Assembly (NCBI GenBank): GCA_028534125.1
Contig: CM052816.1
Span: 39,868,001 to 39,932,000 of the forward strand
Direction: 5' to 3'
Source: Lama glama
Lineage: Eukaryota
DNA length: 64,000 nucleotides
Program-made: the position numbers and the translations under genes
The notes under the pieces: model-generated
What the model saw: the letters and a program-made list of their open reading frames with translations, nothing else
What the model was told of the DNA's origin: nothing
Database searches by the model: none
Part shown: positions 26,271-39,272 of the stretch, piece by piece
Numbering within the stretch: position 1 is the stretch's first letter
Layout: each line of letters begins with the position of its first letter

Positions 26271-27852
26271 TATATAATTCATTATGGTTTTGAAATTAAA
26301 AAAAAATTTTTTTCACTTAGTATGTGATGACTATTCTTTCTGTGTGAATGCATGATTTTCTGTTTAATCACATTTAACGGATGGCTGTTTGATTGCATCT
26401 GGTAGTAAATAAATTTAACTTAATTCCTAATTGGTTGATTTTTAGATTATTTATGATTTTTCCAGAATTTGAAGGAATTTCATACTTGGCTTCATCTATT
26501 GAGAATGAATTAATAATTGTCATATTTTGCAGGTATTTACTTATTTTCTCTTTGTTTAAAATTTTAGTAGAACAATTTGATGGAAATAATTATAACTATT
26601 TGCAGCCCATTTCCATTTCCTAGGGTCTTCAGATAGCCCATTGTTAACAGCATTAATTAATACATTGGCTAGAGTGGGTTGATAAAATGACTAAATAGTT
26701 GATCAAGGAATGTTTAAAACCTTAATATATCTAACGTCAATTTAGAGCATGAGAATAATGGAAAGTATTATGAAATATGTCTCCTATTTTAATTCAGCTT
26801 TTACTTGACTAAATATACGACACATAGCTGTTAAAGTACAAATTTACTACCATTTCCTGACACCATTACTTAAGTATTCTTTCTCCCTTTCTGCCTGTAA
26901 TTTGTGATGTCAGAAGGCAGGAAAGAGCCAAATAAAAAAAAATCTTGTAAGGAGAGAATATTCTGAGCATCAAGTCACCACAGAGGTGAAAGGAAGAGAG
27001 CTAAGTTTACCTCCCCTTTTTTATGGCACCTCTCAATTACTTCTATATGCAATTAGGATCTCTCTTTTTTTTAAATTTCTGAACTTCTTGCTTGGGGTAC
27101 TTAATTCTGTTTCAGCTTTTGAGGCTTGAAATGATGTCACATTTAGAAGTTACTATACATCAATTTTTAGGCATTTCTAAAAGCATTTCTCAAATATACT
27201 CAGAGGTTGATAATGGAAGAATAAGCACTGGTGGAAATGAAGGACATATTTCTCAGATGGGTTATTTTATGCCCTGCAAGTTTAAGCAATTTTTCCAGAT
27301 TCTTATAGTGAATCAGTTTGCTAACATGGACATCAGTATCCCTATGGCCTGATACACTTAGATACTACAAACTTTGCCTAAGGTTTTGAAAGGAAAAGGA
27401 TGACCAAGAAATGAAGACAGTGGTCTGTAGTTATCTAAGCATTTGATGTGAGTTTTTCTTGCTGTTTAAAATATAGAGAGCACAGTATTGACTTGAACAT
27501 CACAGCTCAAATTTCTTCTGTCAAAAGACACCCAAGCAAATGAAGAAGATTAGCAGGAAACTTGCTTAATTGAAGGCTTCAGAAAGATGATTCATGCAAA
27601 ACTGTTTTCCATTACTATAAGCAACTCAATTGAATTCATGAAGAAAGATAAGAATTTTGACAAGTTTAGTTGTCAGGAAAGCTAAAGGCTCTGAGATACT
27701 CAGATCATCTCAGAATGAAATACAGAAAGATCACAGAAACATTATCACTTCAAGGAGTTTAATATTCAAGGCAATTAACTTAGTCAGAACAACAGGTTAT
27801 GTATCCAAGTGCAGTAACAGCCCTAGGGATGATTCTAAATAAATTCACTCTC

Positions 27853-28362
27853 GGTTATCTATGGCTGCCCAATAACTACCCAAAATCAGTTACTTAAAAC
27901 AATAACTATCATTTATTTTGCTCATAATTTTGCTTGGAAGTTGCCAAGGCTCAGCTGGGCAATTCTCGGTGGTTAACTCACGCAGTTGTGAGATGTCCCT
28001 ACCATCCTCTTAAAGGCTTCTTCTGTTACTTGTCTTGTGCCTGACTAAAAAGAGTCAAGCATTTGGACGCTGAAACAGCTGGAGTTACTACGTAGTTGTT
28101 GCTCTGTGTCTATATGGTCACTTCCTGTGGTCTTGTTACATGCTGGCCACATAGTCACTGTCCAAGTTACATTGTGACTGAGGCTCCCAGTAGGTACATG
28201 CCATATTCTCACCTAACCTCAAAAGTCTTCAAGAATCATTTCTACAGAATGTTATTTGACAAGGCTGTCATAAAGACTCAATCAGATTTAAAAGAATGGG
28301 CATGGTTTGAATGTCTTTATGGGAAGGGGTCAGGGAAGTTACAGACAAGTTTTAATACACAT
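27853..28362 (-). mobile_element. MaLR solo LTR (older MLT1, G/H/I-like)
   Basis: gttatctatggctgcccaataactaccccaaaatcagttacttaaaacaataa...catttattttgctcataattttg...ggctcagctgggcaattct is the antisense MLT1 3' end. Confidence 0.75.
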
Positions 28363-29434
28363 TGAAGTTGTCTGGCATCATGATGTTAGAAAATAAACTT
28401 TTGTGTAAGCAAACATATTCACATTTGCCAGGAAGCAGAGAAAATTCTAAACTTTTAAAGGTAAGAGTTGTACTTCTGAAGCTAGTCAGCCTCTTATGAG
28501 CCTAAACACTGAAAGTGTGATTAATGACCCAATAAGAGAGACAAGTTAAAACAGGGGATTTATTTCCCTGAAATTTATATATTATTTAGAAAACCCTGTC
28601 CTTAGGAAAGTTTCTTTAAAATTTTAGATCATTGTGTTATATGTTTCAAAGCATCCCAGCTTTCACTAATTGAGTATCATTTCACTATTATTTTAGTCTG
28701 TCTTAATCACAGAGATAAGACAGCAGGTAGTCATATACAAATGAGAGAGTAAAAAATGCATTTGACATTTCTAGAAGAATAGGGAATGTGTATATTTTTA
28801 AAAGCTAAATGACCATTCTCTGTGATCTAACTGTTCCTTTCTAATAATTTATTCTAAAATTATCAGATAAGTAAGGTATGTTCATTTTAACATTCTTTAT
28901 AGAGATCAAAGGACAGAAAAATCCCTATTATCATTCTTAGAAGAACTCATTGAGCAAGTGATGTTTCAGCCATATGTATCTATTAGTGCCCATTCAGGAA
29001 TACAGAACCTACTCTAAATTTTCCACAGATAGACTCTAACTTAAAACCAAATTGCAAAATATCTAGGAAATATAGTTTGCTGAATTTCAGCCCTTCTGTG
29101 ATATAGATGAGAGAAAAAAAGGAGAGGAATAGAATTGAGAGAAAATAGAAAATTCACCAACATAACACATTAGGGAATATAATTAAACTTCTTAAAGAAA
29201 TGCACTGCATCTCTGTGTATTCTAATGGTCACAAACTCACAATATTTTGCTGAGTAAAAATAGCAATTTACAGAAAGATTTGTACATAATGTAATATAAT
29301 CAATGGCACTTCAAATTATATATGCATATATTATTTTCTTATAAAATGCTACATGTGGAATGGTGAGGAGATACAGGTTTTTTTCTATTCATTCACATTT
29401 TTGTAGATTTTGTAGACTTCTACCTCATTTTAAA

Positions 29435-30100
29435 TGTTTATTTTGAGATGATTTTTGATTTACAGAAGAGCTGCAAAAATAATGCAGAGAATCCCTCTAT
29501 ACCCTTTACCTAACTACTCTTTATATTAACATATTACATAATCATAATACCATTACCTAAAGTGAAAAATTAATCCTGGTAACATACTATTAGCTAAAGT
29601 AGAAAATTTATTCAAATCTTTCATGACTGGACACTTCTGAATAATTCTGGTCAGTTATTTTGTGGAGTATCCCCCAATTTTTTTTCCCCTGTGGTTTTTG
29701 TATTATGAAATACTGGTTAGGTATTACTGGGAACAATACCATGAGTGTGATGTGCTCCTCTCAGTGCATCATATCAGGTGGCACTTAATTTAGAGACGTG
29801 TTACTGGTAATGTTAACTTGATCTTTTGATTAAGGTAATATCTGCAGTGATTCTCCACTGTCATTGTTTTTTCCCCTTATAATTGCTAAATATTTGAGGG
29901 AAGATATTTGAAGCTATGCAAATATCCTATTTCTCCTTAAACTTTTAGCCACAAATTTTAGCATCCTCCAGAGGATGTTGCTTGTGGAAATTATTAATTT
30001 GGGTTTTTTTTTAATGGTGATTTTCTGTTTCTGTCAGTTATTCTTGTAGTGAAGAATTATCTCTTTTTCCTCATTTACTTACATATTATTTTTATCAGTA
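29435..30100 (-). mobile_element. Old L1 3' UTR (L1MC/MD-like)
   Basis: tttattttgagatgatttttgatttacagaagagctgcaaaaataatgcagagaatccc...ctcagtgcatcatatcaggtggcac. Confidence 0.8.
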
Positions 30101-32725
30101 TGTTTCTCAAGATTTCTTCTTTCTTCCAAAACATTTTGGTTATTTTAGTTCCTTAGCTTTCTCATATAAATTTGAGAATATTACTATTGATATCTACCCC
30201 CCAAAAGTCTAATTAGATTTTGATTGAGATCCCATTCACTCTGGATTATTTTGGGAAGCACTAACATTTTTACAGTATTGAATCCTTCAGTCCACGATCA
30301 TGGTATTATCTTTTCATTCTTTTATGACCCCAATTCTTACATCATTTGTTTTGTTTGTTTTTAGTTTTCATTTTACAGATCGTACACATACTTTGTTAGA
30401 TTTATTGGATTCTGGTTTGTATGGTTTTAGACACGAAGTCTGCTGTAATTCATATATTTGTTTATCAATATGTAATGTATCTTTTTGTCCTGTCTGCCTT
30501 CATGATATTTCATTATCTTACATTTTCCACAGTTTGAATATGATATGCCTTTTAAAAAATTTACACCAATTCTTGTTTTCTGAGATTTAGATAGCCTTGT
30601 GATTTGATGTTTGTCATCAAACATTTGTCATCTAGCAAATTCTCTTCCATTGTTTCTTACACTGTTTCTCCTGCCATATTCTCTGTTTTTCTTCTGGGAT
30701 TCTAATTTCACATAAGCCGGACCATGTGATACTGTCAGACAGATCTCAGGTGTTCTGTACGGATATACCTCGTTTTATTGTGCTTCCCTTTATTGCGCTT
30801 CACAGACATTATGTTTTCTTTAACAAGTTGAAGGTTTATGGCAACCCTGCATCCAGTGAGTCTGCTGGCCCCATTTTTCCAACAGCATTTGCTCACTTTG
30901 TATCTCTGTGTCATATTTTGGTGATTCTCAGACTCTTTCAAGCATTTCACTATTATTATATTTGTTACAGCAATCTGTGACCAGCAGTCTTTGATGTTAC
31001 CATTGTAAAATGATTATAAATTGCTGATGGCTCAGATTATGGCTAGCATTTTTTAGCAATAAAGTATTTTAATTAAGGTATTTTGTTTAGACATAATCTA
31101 CTGCACGCTTAACAGTATAGTAAACATAACTTTTACATGCACTGGGAAACCAAAAAAATTGTGTGACTCACTTTATTTGTGATATTCGCTTTATTGAAGT
31201 GGTCTGGAACTGAACCCTCAGTATCTCCCAAGTATACTTGTATTTTTCTCTATTTTTTCCTCTCTGTTTTTCAATTTGAGTAACTTCTTTTGCCCTATTT
31301 TCTAATTCACTGATTGTTCCCTCAGCTATGTTAGGTGTATGAATGAGTCTGTCAAAGACGTTCTCTCTCTGTTACTGTGTTTTGAATTTCCAGCATTTTC
31401 ATTTGATTCTTTTTGTTGCCATTTTTCTGCTGAAATTGTTAATATGATCCTGGTTATTGTCTACCTTTTCCATTAGATCTTTTAACATATTAATCATGAC
31501 CATTTTACATTTCCTATCATAAATTATAACTTCTGTGTTATATTTTAATCTGGTTTTGATTATAACTTTCTCTCTTCAGAGTGTGCTTTCTCATGCATCA
31601 TTGCATGCCTTATGGTTTTTGTTGAAAGCCTGCCATCTTGTGTACAACAATAGAAACTAAAGTAATAGTTTTTAGCCCTGGAAATGGGTGCACTTTTCCT
31701 TTTTTTACACCTTTAGTACAGGGGTTTGACTTAATCTCCCAAGAAGGTGGGCTGGGTGAGGTATGCTATTGCTATTGTTATTACAACTGCACAGCTGGCT
31801 GCAAATCCCTGTACAATACCATGTCTTTGGGGTGTGGAATGCTTGCCCTAGCAATGTTTGCTTGACGCTGAGCCTTAATTGTCCTTTGGCGCTTGGCCTC
31901 AGAGATGATCTCTTTGCAAGCTCTCTTGTTCTTCCTTCTTCTGTTTTTGACTTTGTTTCTCAAGGCTTAGCAGCTTCACTGTAGGGACTTGAGAGACATT
32001 CTCTGTCAGTTTGATTAAGCTGCAGTGTTGCGCAGTCGCAGCGTCCTCAATTTAGGAGAAATTGTTCTTATTTTTCTTTTCCTCCCTTAGTTTAGTTCTG
32101 AGCCAAGTGCACAGTCTTCTGCCTCTCCAGGAGTAGAATTTTTCTCATAGTTCCTTCCCTTCGATGTAATAAAATGTCTTCAGTGTCTCAAAGATAGTAG
32201 TATATTTTGCTTACCTCTGCCACAGATTAAGGGTTTTATTCCACAGTGGATATGGAGGAGAAGGATCTATGCCATATTAAGTGCTGTTCCCCGCCTCCAC
32301 TGCTTTACAGTGGAAACTTTCTTAGGGCACATTATGATCTTTTCTGTGAACACCCAGTGAGGTTTGTTACAAATACCTCAGCGGAGTATGAGGTCCTCAA
32401 TACCTTCAGCTTCCAAAGGCATCACAGTGTGCCATGGGTCCGGATGCAGCCTTCAGCACTTGGGCAGTTACTCACATGAAGCTCCTGCTGCAAGCACCCA
32501 TTTCCATCTGTGCCACGTGAATCAGTGCTACCTCTTTTCTCTTTCTGCAAGTTGCTGTCTGTGATTAGATTTTGGAACGTTGGTTGTTCTGGGAACTTAG
32601 CTCTATAGTATGTTCCAAACCACTCATAATTTAAAGTTTGTTTATTTGTTGTTTTTTTCCCATTTGTTTCAAATATGAGAGTGAGGCACCTTCAAGCTCT
32701 CTATAGCCGGGGCACAAAGATAGAA
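30100..32725 (-). mobile_element. Old L1 fragments (ORF2 / ORF1 / 5' region) interrupted by a Tigger element
   Basis: Antisense L1 text on both sides of 30760-31240 (cttctgggattctaatttcacataag...; tctctgtttttcaatttgagtaacttct...), becoming more GC-rich and 5'-UTR-like after ~31700. Confidence 0.65.
30760..31240 (+). mobile_element. Internally deleted Tigger1 derivative (TcMar-Tigger, ~480 bp)
   Basis: Both Tigger1 ends are present (cggatatacctcgttttattgtgcttc... and ...ggtctggaactgaaccctcagtatctcccaagtatacttg), flanked by TA dinucleotides at 30758-59 and 31241-42. The transposase region is missing, with the junction at ~31008. Confidence 0.9.
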
Positions 32726-33961
32726 GTATCACTTTTTCACTTTTCCATGGTTTAGGTTTTTATCAACAGTGTCTACTGCATTTGTTTCCTTAAAATAATC
32801 TTGATAAATATTTAAAACATACATCTACTTAATTCTTTGTATCAATTAAGGTATAATGGTCTAGGATATTAATTTTGTAATGAGAAAGGTAGTTTAAAAG
32901 GATAAACAAAACAAACTTTTAGGAGAAAACTTAGTGAAAATGTAAAATGCTTCTGATTGAGGTATGATTCAAACTAGTATATGTGTATGTGTATAAGTGA
33001 TAGGGTCAGATAAAATATATCGCTTAGGTTATTTCCACATTCTGTGCGGATTTTTTTTTTTTTCTGTGACAACACTTCTTAGGTTTTGTAGTAAAGAATC
33101 TGAAGCATGGGAAAGAGATTAAAGGAGAGAGGTGGAGAAAAAGGGTGAGGTTTGTGGTGAAAGGAGGTGTTGAGTTGTGAAAAGTAAAGCATGAGAATAA
33201 AGATGCTTAGTGGTTCCAGAATGTAAAAGAATTGTGGAGTGAGAAGAGATAGGAAAAGGGAATTTTCACACTTGTGGCTTATTTTTTAAGAAAAAAGGAG
33301 AAAGAAAGAAAACATTATTTCTATGTAAATATCTTCTGGCTGCTGGATTTATTTTATTCCTTTAACTTAAGATTGCTTTCTGACTGGCCAACAGAGGCCT
33401 CGGGGTTTAATTGGGAGTTAAATGCTTCTATGTAAATCCACCAAATGTTTAAGGCTCTTCTATAAAGTGTTAATTAGACCTTTAATTTCATCTTTTTACT
33501 GTTTTGATTTAATACATTTTCATGAGATAAAATGTATTATTCTGATGAGAAAATCCATAAGAGCTATTTTAGAAGGGAGTCTTTAAATCAAAGCCCAGTA
33601 TCATGTAGAAAATTATAAAGCAATAAAAAAATCAAATACACTGGAGTGGGAGTGGTCTGCAGCCACTAGTCAGGATGGCCTTCCACTAGAGAAAAAACTT
33701 CTTTAAGCCTCAGTTTCCACATCAGTCAAATAAGAACACTAAATCGGACTCATTTTTGACAGCTGTGCTCTGTGCAGCACTAGGACACAGAGTGAGGTGG
33801 CGGGAGTCAGCAGCCAGACCCAACGGGCTGCTTCCTTGTTTGTTTTCATTTTTTATTATTTGTTTGTTTTAATATTAAGGTTCCTGTTCATTTGAAGGTA
33901 ATTTCTGTGTGTGGATTTTAGAGTTCTAAATTAATTACTTAATAAAAAGACTCTGAGATAC

Positions 33962-34421
33962 TTACTAGTTTCCTGGGGCTGCTATATATAACACAGTACT
34001 ATAAACTGGATGCCTTAAAACAACAGAAATGCATCCTCTCACAATTCTGGAGGCCAGAAGTATGGAATTAAGGAGTCTGCAGGCTTATGATCCCTGTGAG
34101 TTTTCCAAGGAAGAATCCTTTCTTGCCTCTTCTTAGCTTCTGGTGTTTGCCAGTAATCCTTGGCTTTCCTTGGCTTGCAGACACATCACTCCAGTCTCTG
34201 GCTGTCTTCTTGCGGCGTTCTTCCCTGTCTGTGTTTGGGCATCCTCAGCTCTTCTTATAAAGAGATTGGTCATATTGGACTAAGGCCCACCCTAATCCAG
34301 TATGACCTTGTCTCAACATGATTACATTTCCACAGATCCTGTTTCCCAGTAAGAGCACACTCACAGGTACCAGGAGTTAGGATTTTAATGTATCTTTTTG
34401 AGGGACACAGTTTAGCAGACA
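33962..34421 (-). mobile_element. MaLR solo LTR (MLT1C-like)
   Basis: tagtttcctggggctgct...ccttaaaacaacagaaatgcatcctctcacaattctggaggccagaagt...ggcccaccctaatccagtatgacc...gagggacacagtt. Confidence 0.88.
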
Positions 34422-34489
34422 CTGTAAGTACAGTATAGTATATTTATTCCTAAAGACATACAGTAGTTTGAGGAAATGTCTGAAAATAT

Positions 34490-34675
34490 ATGGATCCTGA
34501 CACGTTTTAGCTGTATGATCTTAAGCAAGACTCTTAACCTTTCTGAGACTTACTTTCCTTTTCTGCAAAATACAGCTGACAATTTACCTATCCCATACGG
34601 TTGCTTAGAGATTATATGAATTCATATTTGTAAAGCACTTAGAACAGAGACTGGCGGGTAGGAGACACCCTGTAG
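34490..34675 (+). mobile_element. MIR SINE
   Basis: tagctgtatgatcttaagcaagactcttaacctttctgagac...tgtaaagcacttagaacagagactggc. Confidence 0.75.
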
Positions 34676-35417
34676 CTTCTTGTCATTTTTATGTTTATAT
34701 AAATAATAATGCTCTGTAAATTAACAACCAAGTTTGAGACTAGCTCCTTTAAAAGGAAAGGGAATTCTCTTGTGTAACATAGTAATAAAGGGGACCCTCA
34801 ACCCTCAACAAACGCAGAGCTCGAGCCGTAAACTATACCTAGCAACTGCATAGATGGAAAGGAAAGCCACATCATTCCATGAAGGGTATGAGCAAAGTAA
34901 CTCTTTTCTGTTCTGTTTTCTTTCTGTATTTAGCAATAATCAATCATTTCTACTTGGTCCCAATGTTTTTCAACACGATAACATTTACTTTCTTATTAGG
35001 AAATTCTTTTTAAATTTAAAAATTTTAAAAATTTATCACATTGAATAAAAATTTATTCTATTTAAAATAATTTTATTCTATTTATTCTAATTTATTCTAT
35101 TTAAAATAAATTTACTCTATTTAAAAATATGTCACATTGAATCATGAGTGTTTCATGTCTAGTGGTGTCTGAATATATCCTGCAAAGAAAATAGGAGTTT
35201 GATATCTGTTGCCTAGTCTTAAACTAATTCTAGAAAATGTAGAGTGGAGACAGTGTCACAAAAGTTGAGGAAATTAATAATTATTATATATGCACATAAT
35301 TTTATAATATTTTACATGTATATATTAAAATACATAATTTAATTATATATAATAAAATTTATTCAAGGTTAATAAAGGCTTTAATTTCACACACAAAAAA
35401 ACTACATAATTTTAAAA

Positions 35418-35842
35418 GGAGAATGTCATTCTAAGAGAAATAAGCCAGAAAGAGAAAGAAAAATACCATATATCACTTATATGTGGAATCTTAAAAAAAA
35501 AAAAAAGATAGACAAACTTAACTGCAAAACAGAAACAGACTCACAGACATAGAACACAAACTTATGGTTACCAGAGGGGAAGAGGGTGGGAAGGGATAAA
35601 TTGGGAGTTCGAGATTTGTAGATACAAACTACTATATGTAAAATAGATAGATAAAAAGTTTATGCTGTATAGCACAGGGAACTATATTCAATATCTTGTA
35701 GTAACTTATGGTTAAAAAGAATATGAAAATGAATATATGTATGTTCCTATATGACTGAAGTATTGTGCTGTACACCAGAAACTGACACAACATTATAAAC
35801 TGACTGTACTTCCATAAAAATATATTAAAATAAAAAAATAAA
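35418..35842 (+). mobile_element. Relatively young 5'-truncated L1 3' end, cetartiodactyl (camelid-like) type, with A-rich tail
   Basis: aagccagaaagagaaagaaaaataccata...acagactcacagacatagaa...gggataaattgggagttcgagatttgtagatac...gtatagcacagggaactatattcaatatcttgtagtaac...gctgtacaccagaaactgacacaacatt, then an A-rich tail. Confidence 0.92.
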
Positions 35843-36154
35843 GAGAACTTCTTCCGTTGGGGTCAGAACAAAAATTAGGAAAAACCAGGATACAGACGAA
35901 CAGTTCTGCTAAAAGACAAGGTGCTGCTGCATACAAAACACATAAAGAATCAGAATCAAAAGTCACTCTGAAGACAAAAAAGGAAATCACCTCACAAGTA
36001 ATATAGCCAAAGCTGCCAGCACACCTGGTAGTGGCTCAGTTAGCCAAAGGATAGGAACCTTACTTATGCCTTCCTCTCTGTAAACAAGAATAAACAACAC
36101 TGGCAGCAGGCCAGAGAAGTCAGAGGTGTAAGGAAAAGCTCAAAGGCCATGTGT

Positions 36155-38137
36155 AGCTCCTTGCAATTTCAAATGAATTTGAGTGTTAGGTTTTCTATTT
36201 CTGCAAAAAAAGCAGTTGAAATTTTGATAGGCTGTATGTTAGCTCTGTAACTTGTTTTGAGTAGTACTGACATCTTAATAAAATTAAGTAGTATTGACAT
36301 CATAGTAAAATGAAGTCTTCCTATTCATGAATATGTGATGTCTTTCCATTTATTTAGGAAAACTATTTTCAATTAATTTTCTTTAAATTTTTTAAGCCAT
36401 ATTTTGTAGTTTTTAGTGAGCAAGTTTTTCATTTCCTTGGTTAAATTAATTCCTAGGTATTTTTGTATTGTATTTCATAGATGTTATTGTAAATGTAATT
36501 GCTTTTATAATTTATTCTTCAAATTGTCTGCTCTTTTATGGAAAAGGAAGTGATTTTTGTGTGATCTTTACCATGATACTTTGCTAAATTTATTTATAAG
36601 TCCAAGTACCTTCCTTTTGGATTCTTTGGAATTGTCTATATATAGAATCATGTTATCTGTGGATATAGACAATTTACTTGTTTTCCAGCTTTTTCTCTTC
36701 CTTGTCCAATTCCTCTGGCTAGAATTCTTGGTGGAATGTCAAATGAGAGGTGAAAGCAGCATCTCGTCTTGTTCCTGATCTTTGGGGAAAAGCTTTCATT
36801 CTGTCTCCACTGAGCATGATGTTAACTATGGGTTTTTCATAAACGCTCTTTATTATGTTCAGGAAGTTCCTTTCTATTCCTAGTTTTTTGAGTGTTTTTT
36901 TTTTCCATGAAAGAGTATACTAGATTTTATCAAATACTCTTTTTTACATCAATTAAGATGATTTTTTTCTTTGTTCTATTTATGTGATGTGTTACATAGG
37001 CTGACTTTCTTATATTGAGGTACCCTTGCTTTCCTGGGATAAATTCTACTTCATGATGTATAATCCTTTAAATATGCTTTTGGATTTCACTTGCTAATAT
37101 TTTTACTGAGGATTTTGCATCTGTATTCATAAGGATAAATGGTCTTGTCATTTTCTTTTCTTGTGCCTTTTTAATCTGGCTTTGGTGTCAGTATTGCTAC
37201 CTGACAGAATTAGTTTTAAAGTGTCTCCTTATCTTTTATTATCCTGAATAATTTGAGAAGGATTGTTATTAAGTCTTCTTTAGATGTTTGGCAGAATTCA
37301 CCAGTGAAGACATCCGATCCTGGATTTTTCTTTGTTAGAAGGTTTCTTGGTTGCTGATTTAATGTTTTGATTTGTGTATTTACTTGTAGAAGTATTGAAA
37401 TTTTCTCTTTTCCCTTTCTTTTCAAGTCAGTTTAGATAATTTTTGTATTTTTAGGAATTTGTAAATTTTATCTAGATTATTTGTTGGTGTATGGTTGTTC
37501 GTAGCATTCTCTTACAATCCTTTCTGTTTCTGTAAATTTAGTAATGTCTTACTACATTCATTTCAGAACTTAGTCATTTGTATCTCCTTCCTTTTTTTCT
37601 TGCCAAACTAGCTAAGAGTTTGTCAATTTTGTTCATCTTATCAAAGAACCAACTGCTCGGTTCATTGATTGTATTGTTTTAATAATCTCTTTTATTTATT
37701 AACACTCTAATCTTTAATATTTTCCTATGACAGCTTTTGTTTAGTTTTCTCTTCTAATTCCTAGTTAGTTCTGTTGTTGCTGTTTGTTTATGTGTTTGAT
37801 GGTACGTGAAGGTGTGAAGTTCCTTTTTCTATTCTTTCCAGCTGTAAGCTAAGGTTAGTAATTTGAGGTCTTTCTTGCTTTTTACATTGGTATTTGCAGC
37901 TATAATTTTCCCACTGAGTACTGCCAATGTTACATCCAGTAAGTTTTTAGTATGTTGTACATCATCTTAATTCATTTTTAATTCATTTTAAAGTATTTTC
38001 TAATTTTCTTTGTGATCTTCATTGATCCATTGGTTGTTTAAGAATATATTAATATCCACATATATGCATTTTCCAGTTTCCTTTTGTTTTTGATTTCTAG
38101 TTTCACACCATTGTGGTCAGAGAAGGTAGTAGATAGA

Positions 38138-38169
<32 letters not shown>

Positions 38170-38350
38170 TAGATGATCTCATGCTTTTTAAACTTTACAG
38201 TTGTTTTTGGTGTAGTATATGATATATTCTGGAGAATATTCTATGTGCATTTGAAAATAAAGTGTACTCTGCTATTGTTTTGTTGGACTGTTTTATATTT
38301 GTCTGTTAGGTCTAGATGAATTACAGTGTTGTTGAATTCTCTATTTCTTT
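36155..38350 (-). mobile_element. Old L1 ORF2 region (L1M-type)
   Basis: Minus-strand remnant NLLTKKNPGSDVFTGEFCQTSKEDLITILLKLF matches the L1 ORF2p motif (K.PGPDGFT.EFYQTFKE.L.PILLKLF). Continuous T-rich antisense L1 text. Confidence 0.9.
38130..38174. repeat. (GATA)n/(GACA)n microsatellite
   Basis: Visible tetranucleotide run within L1. Confidence 0.95.
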
Positions 38351-38384
38351 TTGTATGTGTGTCTATGAAGTTGTTTTCTTTTTT

Positions 38385-38790
38385 TCCTCCTACTTTTATT
38401 GAGATACAATTTTCATAAAATGTTGTATAAATTTAAGGTGTACAATGTGTTGATTTGGTATACTTACATTTTGCAAAATGATTACCACCCACTGAGTTAG
38501 CTCACACCTTCATCATCTTACATAATAACAATTTCTCTGTTTTATTGAAACAGTTAAGATCTACTCTCATAAAATCTTTCAAGTATGTTACATGATATTG
38601 TTAACTATCATCACCATGCTGTACATCAGATCCCCAGAACTTACTCATCTTATAACTGTCAGTTTATACTCTTTGGCCAACATCTCCCCATTTCCCCAAC
38701 CTCCCAGCTGCTGTTGACCATTATACTCTCTGTTACTATGAGTTTGGCATTTTTAGAGTCTACATATAAGTGATGTCATGTAATATTTGT
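38385..38790 (-). mobile_element. L1 3' end (L1MA-like) nested in older L1
   Basis: ttttattgagatacaatttt...tttaaggtgtacaatgtgttgatttg...ccatgctgtacatcagatccccagaacttactcatcttataactg. Confidence 0.85.
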
Positions 38791-38799
38791 ATCTTTTAT

Positions 38800-39272
38800 T
38801 CTATGAATCTGTTGTTAGTTCACCTTGCAGCATTTTTGAGCAAAGCCTTTTATTTTTCCAGTCTGAGTTCCAAGTTATACAAAACAGAGATGAAAACCTT
38901 GTGTCAATCCTTCAGTATCCCCTAGACAGGTCAGAACAGACTTAATCAATAACTTGTGAATAAGGTCTGCTTTGCTCTGCCTGGAACTGAAGACTAAGAT
39001 CCCACACTAAAGCATGCCCATGGGCTGCTGCCACTTCATTACTACTGCTGCACCAGGGAAGTGGCATGATGAAAGTAGTAAAAACACCACAAAGCTTTCT
39101 TGGTATTTTCAAGTTGTTTTTTTCTTGATCCAGCTTTGCCTAATAGCTGTAAACCTTTGACTATTTCCCAGGGTTTTGACATAGCTAGTTTTGACAGATT
39201 ATGCTCGTTTTTCAGTGTTTCTATTGAATGGATGAGAGCTTACAGATGCCCCCCCCCATTTTGCTGACATTA
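38800..39272 (-). mobile_element. Old L1 5' end fragment
   Basis: Ends in ccattttgctgacat (antisense of an old L1 5' terminus); gctgtaaacctttgactatttcccaggg motif. Confidence 0.55.

Noticed and set aside
35843..36155. L1 3' transduction downstream of the young L1 tail
   Set aside because: No second poly(A) tail or TSD; more likely pre-existing unassigned or old repeat sequence.
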